Below are positions 11,765 to 23,863 of a stretch of DNA of 40,560 nucleotides, piece after piece. Position 1 is the first letter of the stretch; every line of letters begins with the position of its first letter. The notes below the pieces were generated by a model, which saw only the letters and a list, made by a program, of their open reading frames with translations, did not search any database and had not been told where the DNA came from. A program made the position numbers and the translations under genes. The DNA comes from Octopus sinensis (lineage: Eukaryota), in NCBI RefSeq assembly GCF_006345805.1, contig NW_021835488.1, forward strand, positions 1 through 40,560. Direction: 5' to 3'.

Positions 11765-13193
11765 AACTATCGATATATATCAGTAAAGAATGTAAAGTGA
11801 GAAATTCGTAAAACAGTTACTCTTTAAATGAAGTACCTTGTCATGCTTGTTCTGCCCCGAGTTACAAACACACTCCCTGTTCGATCTTGGCTACCAGAAA
11901 GGCAATGACTGAATCAAGGATTGGCTCCGTCACACACCCAGAAAGGAGTAATCAATGATGTTATAATCTATATATTCCGATGTAAAATGAAATAAAGAAC
12001 ATTAATACAAACAGCACCAGTCTAGAAAGGTCTGCAAATGGTGTAGACACTCCTTGATCTCCTACATTATGCATTAATAAAAATAATATGAGTGGGGGAA
12101 AAGCCTACAAATACAGAGTATTTTGGTTGTGCTCTATGATAATATAATTAAATAGATTTGAATTTGACATAATAAAAGGTGAGAAAAAGACTTTGAATAT
12201 AACTTCAGGTTGATTCGCTATATTCAGTTGAGGATGCCTTTATCACATCATAAAACCAAATTCATTGTCCGGTCTGTCCCAAATGGACGGCTAATGTCAC
12301 TAAACCACCATATATAAACGTTATAATTTACAACCCAAAAGAGATATTTGGTAATAAATATTCAGCTCGGCTTTACTATCTGTTTCTTACCCAACTTTCT
12401 CTCTTTTTCTCTCTCTCCCTCCCCCCACTCTCTGGTTCTTCCATTCTCTCTCTTTCGCTCTTTACCTGTCCACTTTTTTTTTATCATCATTAAATGAGAG
12501 TTTAAACTATAATGTCATGGCGTATCTCATGCAACATGTTTGTTCTATGGGTTGTAATTCGGGGAAATTATGTGCAATTTACTGTAAAATGGCAACAACA
12601 AACTGAGAAAACGATACAATATCGAACTGAAATAACAAACAACTGATAAGTGGAGGCCATGTCACTGGTTCAAGTTTTAACGCTTTGTTTGTTAGTTTAT
12701 TCGAGTATATAATTCCTCATTAGACAAGCTGGTCTGTGATCTAAACACTTAACTTGGTAGATTAGAAATATAGAGCACGGCAAAGGAAAAGGAACGGAGA
12801 AACGGAGTTGAAAGAGAATTGGAAATGCGGTATCGCGTTCGTGCTTCACAGTCCATAAATACGAAATATGTATATCCATGTATCCAGCACCTATCTGCGG
12901 TTCAGGGTAGGGTTCTTCTTGCCGATGAGAAGTTCCTCAGCAATGGAAGCTTTAGATATAACATGTTCTAGCGAGATGCACACCAATGTTTTAGCGAATC
13001 ACAAACAGACGTATTAACAAGATACGCAGGGATGTTTTAGCAAGGGGAACACAGATGATGATGTAGTTCTTCAGCAGAGATTTGCAGCATCCGTGTTTAT
13101 GTCGCTAATATATCTGTCTGTATTTTCTCGGCATGTTAATCTCTGCTGAAATACTTCTCTGTGTTATTTTGCTAATTAAACTGGTTATATGAC

Positions 13194-13242
13194 TTCTGCT
13201 GTTGGTATGCTGATACTCTAAGACAACATACCAACAGCAGAA
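13194..13242. other. Hairpin with perfect 16-bp stem and 17-nt loop
   Basis: TTCTGCTGTTGGTATG ... CATACCAACAGCAGAA are exact reverse complements. Confidence 0.85.
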
Positions 13243-13422
13243 ACCATTTAAGAGCGCCTAGATAAAAAAAAACTCAAAATTTTCATTAGTTTTCTATTCA
13301 ACAAGCTTCGGAACCCTCATGGACGTTGCACCACCAATACGTTTTTCAGCTGAAAATTACCATCCACTGGCGATTCTTCAGATGAAATGCAGACTTATGG
13401 AATTCTAGTCATCCTTACTTAC

Positions 13423-13473
13423 ACTAGAAGATCTGGACAAGGTAGTGAACTATGAACGATGTATGACACTGTA
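13423..13473 (-). other. Candidate 51-nt internal exon
   Basis: TGTTTATCTCCAG| acceptor and |GTAAGT donor; one open frame (TVSYIVHSSLPCPDLL). Confidence 0.3.
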
Positions 13474-15051
13474 CTGGAGATAAACAGATGACACTCCTAT
13501 CCTAAGGCATTTCAAAGAAGTGGCCACAAAAATATCCTCCATCGTAAAATCAAGTTTGATATCAAATACCTTACTCGACTACACTTCGATCTTTCCTTCC
13601 GGGTTAACCCAAAAAGGAACAAGTAAAAAAGAGTAATTTTCTCCGCCCACATTCTATATACCAACAAAGTCTAACATAACAGGCGGCCATAAAGCTTTTA
13701 CTCGTAGATGGGCAGATGTGACAAGATCATACAGGCCAACTTTTCGCAGAGCTGCTGTGCTCCAGTGGCTTCAGTGCTTTGTATAACGAATGAATCTCAG
13801 GGTCTACGTAATGGGGCCGTGAGAACAGTTTTCACTGGATGGCCCTGTTAGCTCTTTCACCGTCGTTCTGTGGGCACAGAGAGAAAGAAGAAAAGGATAT
13901 GACTTGGATCAGCAGAAACTGGTGTCAGCAAGGCGGTTAGTATCAGAGATAATACCAAATGAAAGAGAGAAAAAAATACTAAGAAAATGAAAATTAGACT
14001 AAAATGTTTAGAAAGTGGTTTGGTCTTCCTGTTAGAATAGCAAGGTATGGACATACCCTAGAACAATATTTATCCTCGAGTCAGCACAATAACACAAAAA
14101 AATGGGTCACTCCTGCTCCAAGCTAATCAGATTTGAAAGCGAATAAACAGACAGTGACTGACCATTGTGTTTGAAAAAAAAAAAAACCTTTGCAAACTTT
14201 TTCTAGTTGTATATACACAAAGATCTCATCGAGGAAACAGCAGGAAATTTTTACAAATCAACGACAAGTAACGCAATATTTTATCAGATTAACATGCCGA
14301 AGAAATAAAAAGACATAGGAATTAGCGATACAGAGGGATACTATAAACCTTTGAATTGTGGAGGCACAATTCATTAGGAAGCAACACTGGCCTGAACCGC
14401 AGTGATAAACTTGCCACATAGAAAAACAGATTTATTTTCAGAACAGCAAAGTTATATACGAGTTTCTGCATATCCGACTACTAATTTATTTCGCTTTTCA
14501 CCTTTTGTTTTCCTCCAAATTACCCAGTTTATACGACTTATCCATTTTGTCCAATTTAACCATTTTATCGATCAGAGCACAACTCATTCATCTAATGAAG
14601 AGTTATGATACCATAAACGCTAACAATTTCAGCCACTTGTTTCCAGCATTTTTATAATCTCGTCGCTCTGTCTTCCTACGCTTAAGGTATGAGTAAAACA
14701 AAGGCAATTTAGCTTTACTTCATTCCAGAGAAAACAGAAACTCCAGAGGTAATCTTTTATGCCCACAGTACGCATTCTCACTCTTAAAAGATGGAAGTCT
14801 ATAGCAAGTATGTTGCGAGTGAAAGAACCTGTTTAATCAAGAATGTGAAAAAGGAGAAAGCAAAGCCTTCAGTGTGAGTCTGTGGTTTGTGGGTTCAACC
14901 ACGTCCTCCGCTTCATTTTTTGTTATTCACTCATTCTCATTTAATTCTATATATTTTGTTTGTTTATTCATGTTTCGTCTCATTCGATACCCTGACCCCA
15001 ACGTTTGTTTTGTCCCCTCTTTTTCTCAACCTTATGGTGAATAAAGAAATA

Positions 15052-15118
15052 CTCTCTCTCTCTCTCTCTTTCCCTCTCTCTCTCTCTCTTTCCCTCTCTC
15101 TCTCTCTTTCCCCTCTCT

Positions 15119-15206
<88 letters not shown>
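15052..15206. repeat. (CT)n microsatellite
   Basis: Directly visible. Confidence 0.95.
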
Positions 15207-15834
15207 TAACTCTTTGGGAATACAATTTTCAATGTTTTTGCCAATCATGTTATTTAATTCAAAGCTTTCGGATATCCTTAAGTAAATTTTTAAATACCCT
15301 AGGGTTTCTAAAGACCCAGCTGGTAACTAATTAATTGAACATTTAAACGTAAACTAGTAACAACGCTTCAGATGTTTGTGATTTTAGTTTTATGTGTCGT
15401 TTTGTCATTTTGATATTTTCTCTGCCCCAATTAGTGTCAACGATAAGTGATCGAGCTGTTGTTGTTGTTGTTGTTGTTGTCATTGTTGTCACCGTTGTTG
15501 TTTAATCCCACGTCAGCTTTGAATGAGCAGAACCACGACCGAATGCTTACCATGAGTAACCTTACTGTCAGTCTTTTATTCTGCAATAATAATCTGAACT
15601 GTATAACATAAAATACGTCTTTCTGTTTGTTTATGCTGAAGGGATATTTGCTTTCTACTTGGTTGAGGGATTACACAGAGGCTTACTCGCTGATTTGTAT
15701 ATAAGTGTATTTGTGTGTGTGTGTGTCTGTGTGTGTGTGTGTGTGTTGTGTGTGTGTGTGTGCGTGTGTGCGTGCTTGGGTAGACGTGTCGTCACATGTC
15801 AGCCTTGATTTAGCATATATATATTCCAAGAGAA

Positions 15835-16060
15835 GGCGACGAGCTGGCAGAACCGTTAGCACGCGGGATGAAATGCTTAACGGCATTTCGTCTGCCGTTA
15901 CGTTCTGAGTTCAAATTCCGCCGAGGTCGACTTTGCCTTTCATCCTTTCGGGGTCGATAAATTAAGTACCAGTTACGCACTGAGGTCGATGTAATCGACT
16001 TAATACATATGTCTGTCCTTGTTTGTCCCCTCTATGTTTAGCCCCTGTGGGTAATAAAGA
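15835..16060 (+). mobile_element. Full-length tRNA-derived SINE, family C
   Basis: Head GGCGACGAGCTGGCAGAACCG...GAGTTCAAATTCC; central GCCTTTCATCCTTTCGGGGTCGATAAATTAAGTACCAG resembles the Nin/Deu-type SINE domain; matches 27044-27261. Confidence 0.9.
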
Positions 16061-16062
16061 AA

Positions 16063-16246
16063 ACGGTATTTCGTCTGCCGCTACGTTCTGAGTTCAAATT
16101 CCGATGAGGCCGACTATGCTTTTCATCCTTTCGGGGTCGATTAAATAAGTACCAGTTACACACTGGGGTCGATATAATCGACTTAATCCGTTTGTCTGAC
16201 CTTGTTTGTCCCCTCTGTGTTTAGCCCCTTGTGTGTAGTAAAGAAA
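16063..16246 (+). mobile_element. 5'-truncated SINE family C copy in tandem with the preceding one
   Basis: Restarts at ACGGTATTTCGTCTGCCG immediately after the tail of the first copy; lacks the A box. Confidence 0.9.
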
Positions 16247-16680
16247 TATATATATTCCAAGGGGTTCTATCGATGACCACCTCGTCATTTATTCATGCAT
16301 AGAGTAAGTAGAACTACATTAGCCAATATTTCTTTTATGAAAGCAAAGTGTGATTTAAAGGATTTTTTTTTTAAATACTATTTCTAGCATATCATGCGAT
16401 GATATATATATTAGCTTCGGCAACTACGGAAATTTTCTCATGTCAATTTTTTAATGCCTTATTAAGAGAAAAATCCCCCACGTTTTCAAAGCCATTTTAA
16501 GATCCGCTAAACCTACGCAGCACTGAGATATGACAAGACCAGAACATGCCCGAAGTGGTCATCGTAATCGCTACATCGTTAATCATTTCCATTTTCCAGT
16601 ATGTGGACAAAAAATGTGCACTGATAGGACTTAAAAAAATCAAGCTTATGATTAATATCCTGAATTTTTCTTTCCATTAT

Positions 16681-16773
16681 TGGCACCTTGGGCAAATGTC
16701 TTCTACTATAGCCTCGGGCCGACCAAAGCCTTGTGAGCAGATTTGGAAGACGGGAACTGAAAGAAGCCCATCG

Positions 16774-16810
<37 letters not shown>

Positions 16811-17045
16811 ACGTGTGTGTGTGTGTGTATATTTGTGTGCCTGTGTTTGTTCCCCACCATCGCTTGACAACCGATGTTGGTGTGCTCACGTCCCCTGTAA
16901 CTTAGCGGTTCGGCAAAAGAGACCGATAGAATAAGTACTAGGCTTACAAAAATAAATGCTGGGGTCGATTTGTTCGACTAAAGATGGTGCTCCAGAATGG
17001 CCGCAGTCATATGACTGAAACAAGTAAAAGAATAAAAGAATAAGA
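16681..17045 (+). mobile_element. SINE family A, 5'-truncated
   Basis: Starts at TGGCACCTTGGGCAAATG (CORE-like); internal TA/GT microsatellite; tail ...CAGTCATATGACTGAAACAAGTAAAAGAA. Confidence 0.9.
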
Positions 17046-17088
17046 ATTATTGATGTAATTTTAACTGAATAAAAGTTTCTAGTGTGAG

Positions 17089-17140
<52 letters not shown>

Positions 17141-17582
17141 CATATATTATATATCGTATCATATATCACACGAGAAAAACAGAATTAAGCAGGAAAACAG
17201 GCTTATGCAAAGGAATTAATTTACTGGACCGAGCAAGGGCACATTAGAAGATTACATAAAATAGTTCTGAATGCCAAAGCAAAATAAACACAAACGAAAG
17301 CAAAAAAAACATAGGCATCAATAGTCTAGCGTTCCTACTGTGCATTGTACTTGTAAAATAAAATTTGAGCTGAACACTGAAAGAATTAATAAAGTTGCTC
17401 AAAAAACGAAAAGAAGCGAAACGTCAGTCTATTCAAAATATACCACATAAAATCTCACAGAGAGACTACATTTACTGCAAATGCACGAAGGTAGGAGCAT
17501 TGCGAGTTGAGAAAAAATTTATGAAACATAAACTGTAGGGCTACAAGAATATCTAGTAAAAAATATAACTAAATATATAGCA

Positions 17583-17990
17583 GGCGCAGGAGTGGCTGTG
17601 TGGTAAGTAGCTTGCTTACCAAACACATGGTTCCGGATTCAGTCCCACTGCGTGGCATCTTGGGCAAGTGTTTTCTACTATAGCCTCGGGCCGACCAAAG
17701 CCTTATGAGTGGATTTGGTAGACGGAATCTGAAAGAAGCCTGTCGTATATATGCATATATATGTATGTGTGTGTATATGCTTGTCTGTCTGCGTTCGTCC
17801 CCCTCACCAACATCGCTTGACAACCGATGCTGGTGTGTTTACGTCCCCGTAACTTAGCGGTTCGGCAAAAGAGACCGATAGAATAAGTACTAGGCTTACA
17901 GAGAATAAGTGCCGGGGTCGATCTGCTCGACTAAAACACGGTGCCCCAGCATGGCCGCAGTCATTTGACTGAAATAAGTGAAAAGAGTAA
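17583..17990 (+). mobile_element. Full-length SINE family A
   Basis: GGCGCAGGAGTGGCTGTGTGGTAAG head, B-box-like GGATTCAGTCC, CORE-like (A)TCTTGGGCAAGTG, microsatellite slot, conserved 3' half. Confidence 0.92.
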
Positions 17991-18334
17991 TAAAAATAAC
18001 TACTAAACAAATCGAAATACGAAATGTTTTCTGTCATTCATGAAACAAACGATGGCAAAACAAATCCTGAAGTAAAAGTCAATCGAGAAGAGAAAGGAAA
18101 AATAAGCGATATTTTGAAAGACAAAAGCTAAAACAAAACAAAAAAACAAAGAAAAGAAAAAATATTCAGTCGTCACATGTAAGCACGGATAACTTGGTGG
18201 CATGTATCGTGCTTTCGTTAATTGTTTTAGGTGTCATTGTAGTCGCAGTCGGACATAGATACTCTCTCGGCCCTCCACTTCTTGAAACAGAAGAGGAGAA
18301 ATGATGCACCAGTATTGAGATGGTACTTCACTGT

Positions 18335-18462
18335 CAGGGGTGTAAACTGGAGCAACTTAAAGTAAAACGTATATCTCAAAAGCACAACGCACTTCCCAGT
18401 TCAGAGATCGAACTCACGACCTTGTGATCATTGTCCAACGTCCCTAACCACTAGGCTACGCA
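18335..18462 (-). mobile_element. Degenerate head of SINE family B'
   Basis: Minus strand GCGTAGCCTAGTGGTTAGGGAC...GTCGTGAGTTCGATC...GTTGCTCCAGT resembles 23197-23320. Confidence 0.6.
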
Positions 18463-18708
18463 TTTTACGGTTGTTGAATAAAATTTTAAACTCATTGCAA
18501 GAAATATCCCAATTCGGCCAAATCTTGAAAAAAAATTAAATTAAAAAAAAATTCAGTACTGGCTGAGAAAGCCAGATCTCAAAGCTAAGATAAAATGATA
18601 GCTTACTCCATCAGAAACTGCCAAGACACGTAATGAAGCAGAATAAGTATCTTGAGGACATTTTGAGACAGGGAAGACAGTTAAGGAAATGGACATTACC
18701 GCCCAGCC

Positions 18709-19023
18709 AGGCATAAAGACGTTGGATCATTTATAAACCAGAAATTGTGCCAACATTATGAAATATAGACACAAAGGAAATAATATAAACGTACTCCAGT
18801 AAAGAACGCAGACAATGACATGACGAGTATAGCCTTGGATATGCTAATCCACACAGACTGGGAGATCAAGTTTAATTGATCAGATCATATGGTGATGAAC
18901 CACTAGCAAATTTAATGGCTTCTGATCAAAGTATCAACCACAAGAGGCGATAATTTAACTCCAAAAGAAACGGAGAAATTATTTGATTATAAAGATTTGG
19001 AAACAAAAATTACCAGAATGTAA
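18709..19023 (+). pseudogene. Fossil restriction-like endonuclease domain of an R4/Dong-type non-LTR retrotransposon
   Basis: One frame reads RHKDVGSFINQKLCQHY..K*YKRTP..DMLIHTDWEIKFN*SD..LLIKVS..KETEKLFDYKDLETKITRM*, matching the RH..LC / TD..NRPD / KE.EK..KY.DL..RMW pattern; several stops fall at expected W or R codons. Confidence 0.7.
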
Positions 19024-19111
19024 GGATTGGATCAGGAATGGTCAGAAGGACAAATATAAACCCAAAGCACCGCAGCCGGACATGCATATATATATATATA
19101 TATATATATAT

Positions 19112-19266
19112 AGTGGCTGTGTGGTAAGTAGCTTGTTTACCAACCACATGGTTCCGGGTTCAGTCCCACTGCGTGGCACCTTGGGAAAGTGTCTTCTACT
19201 ATAGCCTCGGGCTGACCAAAGCCTTGTGAGTGGATTTGGTAGACGGAAACTGAAAGAAGCCTGTCG

Positions 19267-19336
<70 letters not shown>

Positions 19337-19550
19337 TGTTTGTGTGTCTGTGTTTGTCCCCCTAGCATTGCTTGACAATCAATGCTGGTGTGTTTATGTC
19401 CCCGTTACTTAGCAGTTCGGCAAAAGAGACCGATAGAATAAGTACTGGGCTTACAAAAGAATAAGTCCCAGGGTCGAGTAGCTCGATTAAAGGCGGTGCT
19501 CCAGAATGGCCGCAGTCAAATGACTGAAACAAGTAAAAGAGTAAAAGAGT
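19112..19550 (+). mobile_element. SINE family A
   Basis: Same head, slot and tail as 17583-17990; long (TA)n in the slot; (TAAAAGAG) tail. Confidence 0.92.
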
Positions 19551-20093
19551 ATATATATACATAGTGTACTGTTCCGTGATGGTAAGATCAACAAAAGAAG
19601 TACTCCATCTTGTGAGATATAAATATTATTTAATAAACATAATATATATTTTTACGTGCTAGTATTAGTTTTGTGTGCTGAGAATATGCTGAACAGCGTT
19701 TTATAACACGTCTGGTATCCCAGCACAATTATGAGACACTGGTCACACAGCATGTGGGCACTGTCTGATGATTGTGCTGCAACACCAGACATGTTATAAA
19801 ACAATGTTTGGCGTGTTCTCAGCACATGAAACTCTAATAGTAGTACATAAAAACATAGATTGTGTTTATTGAATAATACATATATATGTATATATATATA
19901 TATGCACACATATGCGCGCACACACACTCTCATATATCTCAGAACATATAGGTTATTGATCCTGGACACATATTACATAGATTACTTTCAATATAATAAG
20001 ATATGCAAATCCGGGAACAGAACGCTGTACATACCCAAGACCTACGAAGCTGTTCCACTATAGTGCAGCGATAGCACGCAACAAAAATAGACT

Positions 20094-20383
20094 AGAAGAA
20101 GAAGAAGAAGAAGAAGAAGAAGAAGGGGAAGAAGAAGAAGAAGAAGAAGAAGAGAAAGAAAAAGAAGAAGAGAAAGAAAAAGAAGAAGAGAAAGAAGAAG
20201 AAGAAGAAGAAGAAGAAGAGAAAGGAGAAGAAGAAGAGAAAGGAGAAGAAGAAGAAGAGAAAGGAGAAGAAGAAGAAGAGAAAGGAGAAGAGAAGAGGAA
20301 GAAGAAAGAGAAGAAGAAGAGAAAGGAGAAGAGAAAGGAGAAGAGAAAGGAGAAGAAGAAGAGAAAGAAGAAGAGAAAGGAGA

Positions 20384-20423
<40 letters not shown>

Positions 20424-20490
20424 AAAGAAGAAGAGAAAGAGGAGGAGGAAGAAGAAGAAGAAGAAGAGAAAGATGAAGAAGAAGAAGAAG
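20094..20490. repeat. Compound (GAA)n / GAGAAAG purine tract
   Basis: Directly visible; followed by (CAA)n at ~20560-20595. Confidence 0.95.
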
Positions 20491-20984
20491 TTGATGATTT
20501 TTTTCTATAATTGCCACAGTAACACACATGAGTTACGTACAAAACAAACTATAACAAGGACGACAACAACAACAACAACAACAACAGCAACAACATTGAG
20601 CAGACAAAAGTTCTACAGCAGTCGCGGGGGGGGGGTCTCATTGTTCTAAAGATATTTCTGATAAGAACAATACTTTTATAGAAATCCTTTGGTTGAAACT
20701 AATTGGAAATACCATCTCTCTTCTCTGAGTCTCACATTATGTTTGTATGTATTTATGTCCAGTCGCGAGTTTATACACACCCAACACACCCACACACCAC
20801 CCAAACGCTCGCTCACATACAACACACACAAAAGATATGATATATGTGTTTGTGTATGTGTGTGTGTGAAAGGCAAATATATAGAGTATATGTAAATGTG
20901 TATGCGTGTGTATTTATTCACAAGGTTTCACACACACACACACGTGCATCTCGTTAGCTTATGATGTATATAGTATGATGCATG

Positions 20985-21282
20985 TATACATATATGTTGC
21001 ATATATATATATATATATATATATTATTATATATATATATATATATACATACATATTTGTCTATGCATAATTATATGTATATATGCATATATGTGAATGT
21101 ATATATTATACATATACATATTTGTCAATTAACATAATTATATTATATATAATTTAGATGTATATTTATGCATTATGTAGTGGTATATATATATATGTAT
21201 GTGTATATATATGCATATATGTGAGTGTATATATATATATATAAATATGTATGTATATATGCATATATGTGAGTGTATATAT

Positions 21283-21319
<37 letters not shown>

Positions 21320-21362
21320 TGAACATATAGATATTATATATATATACATACATACATATGCA
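20985..21362. repeat. Degenerate TA/TG/CA microsatellite region
   Basis: Directly visible. Confidence 0.85.
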
Positions 21363-21717
21363 TACTCCGTGACAGAATTTAAATTAGACACCCTAACAAT
21401 AGGTCTCACTATCAATGTAACAAACTACAATAAATTTATTATGATTAACTTCTTTTCTTTCTACTTCCTCCTTTTTTCTTCTTTTTCTCCTTCTTCTTCT
21501 GCTGCTGGTTTTACAATTTTGATTTACTTGTCACGCAATGTGACAATACGAGCATATACCGTGTGTGTATGTATATGTACACATAAACTTTTGTGACTGC
21601 GTTTCTGTGGTACTTATGTGTTCTGTACTCGTCTATATGTTTGCGCGATTCTAACCGTCTCTTTTTATTTCTTTATTGTTTTGGATTGGTCATCGTCCAT
21701 TACATCTACGTACATCT

Positions 21718-22104
21718 GGATGGAAGCACTCCGTCGGTTACGACGACGAGGGTTCCGGTTGATCCGAATCAACGAAACAGCCTGCTCGTGAAATTAACGT
21801 GTAAGTGGCTGAGCACTCCACAGACACGTGTACCCTTAACGTAGTTCTCGGGGATATTCAGCGTGACACAGAGAGGGACAAGGCCGGTCCTTTGAAATAC
21901 AGGTTCAACAGAAACAGGAAGTAAGAGTGAGAGAAAGTTGTGGTGAAACGGTACAGCAAGGATCACTACCATCCCCTGCCGGAGCCTCGTGGAGCTTTTA
22001 GGTGTTTTCGCTCAATAAACACTCACAACGCCCGGTCTGGGAATCGAAACCGTGATTCTATGACTGCGAGTCCGCTGCCCTAACCACTGGGCCATTGCGC
22101 CTCC
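21718..22104 (-). mobile_element. Full-length SINE family B with probable 10-bp target-site duplication
   Basis: Collinear with 503-890; ACGTACATCT flanks at 21708-21717 and 22107-22116. Confidence 0.92.
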
Positions 22105-22779
22105 ACACGTACATCTACCACCTACGACAAGAAACAATCTTTTTGACGGATTTCTTCATAGAATCCCATTTCTACTTACGAGGCTTGGGTAGACCTGACT
22201 GTGTGTTCAACACATCTGAACCAGAAACCGTGCACCTGGGATGCGAAGTTCTTGACTACGACGTCATGCCTTGTGTTACTTTACCTATATCTAGTTAAGA
22301 CACAGCGGCATGTCGTGCGTAAACCGACGGCGAATAGTTATATAAAAGAGACAGGTAACTTGTGGAATTGATACGATTTTACTTCTCTTGCTATCTTTAA
22401 CTAAGACTCTTTAGCGGAATGCAACCGTAGTATCAATGAAAATTGGCAGGGTTTATTCCAGTCTCCTTTCAATAAATCGTAATCTTTCTACTTCAAAGTT
22501 TGCTACATTTTCTTACATTTGTTTGTGTGTGTTTTTCTGATATTCTTATCTATTTATCTCAAACCTTGCTTCTGTTTCTTCTTGTATTTCTTGTCACTTT
22601 TCAGAAGCTCTTTTCTCCATTTCACAAGGAACATTGATTGCTTCTTGTGATAATGTACACCTTCTCTGCAATTCGACTTCAGATAATATGTGTAGTCGAA
22701 AAGTTTTCCATTTGGCTTCCTTACTCCTATGCTCTCATTTCCTTACTCTCATTATCTCAGCCACACATACACCCACTCT

Positions 22780-22786
22780 CTCTTTC

Positions 22787-22840
<54 letters not shown>

Positions 22841-22846
22841 TCTCTC
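22780..22846. repeat. (CT)n microsatellite
   Basis: Directly visible. Confidence 0.95.
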
Positions 22847-23196
22847 ACCCACACATATACATGTATGTATGTTCTCTTTTGTAATTTATTATTTAAATTC
22901 TTCCTCTGAGGAAAAAGCTGCTTTCTAATAAAGATACGAAGCTCCGTTTCTGGAATGTAGAATACAAAAATACTGCCATACTTTTAGGCTTGAGAACGGT
23001 CTTGCATATTTTTATCGTTCCACTTAAAGGTTTTTTTGGTTGTTGTTGTTTTTTTCTGTAAACCCTAGCTTATCCAGATTGTCACTTAAGTATTTACTCG
23101 AAAAAAAACCAAGTGTACCAATTATTATGAGTATAAATATAAATTTATAATCTAGTTATAGTAGCGGAAGGTTTCAAATGTGTGTATGTATGTGAA

Positions 23197-23516
23197 GGCG
23201 CGTGGCTTGGTGGTTAGGACATTCGGCTTACGACTGTAATGTCGTGAGTTCGATTCCCGGCGACGCGTTGTGTCGTTGAGCAAGACACTTTATTTCACGT
23301 TGCTCCAGTCCACTCAGCTGGCAAAAATGAGTTGTACCTGTATTTCAAAGGGCCGACCTTGTCACACTTTGTGTCACGCTGAATCTACCCTGAGAACTAC
23401 GTTAGGGGTACACGAGTCTGTGGATTGCTCAGTCATTTGCAAGTTAATTGCATGAGCAGGCTGTTCTGTTGATCGTATCAGCTGGGACCCTCGTCGTCGT
23501 AAGCGACGGAGTGCTC
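23197..23516 (+). mobile_element. tRNA-derived SINE family B' (CORE-like centre, family-B 3' tail)
   Basis: Head GGCGCGTGGCTTGGTGGTTAGG..GAGTTCGATTCC; centre GTGTCGTTGAGCAAGACACTTTA..; from TTGTACCTGTATTTCAAAGG onward matches the 3' half of family B. Confidence 0.88.
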
Positions 23517-23804
23517 CTTTTTATATAAATTAGAAAACAAAACGAACAGAAACACCAACATGTGATATTATTCACCAATTGTATTTTAAAATAAATGTGT
23601 TAGGTTTTTTTTATATATATTATTTTTTTATATTTCGGTCTCATTGCTGTCTGTTATTAAGAAGTTCGCTACGCAACCACATAACTTTGAGCTTAGTGTC
23701 ATTGCCAGCACCTTCGGTATCTTCTCCTGTAGCCCCGGGACGGCATTTGCCTTGTGAATGGATCTGATAGCAGAAACTGTGTAGAGGTTTATCATATATA
23801 TATA

Positions 23805-23861
<57 letters not shown>

Positions 23862-23863
<2 letters not shown>

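Noticed and set aside
14680-14880. Several plus-strand donor- and acceptor-like sites
   Set aside because: Implied introns are too short or the exons closed; expected by chance in AT-rich DNA
16530-16551. p53-like site TGACAAGACC-A-GAACATGCCC
   Set aside because: Only one half-site is perfect; no contextual support
17583-17670. tRNA-like sequences at SINE heads
   Set aside because: A and B boxes are present, but they continue into SINE bodies with no complete cloverleaf or Pol III terminator; not tRNA genes
20042-20542. Ser/Leu/Phe-rich ORFs
   Set aside because: Minus-strand readings of the (GAA)n tract
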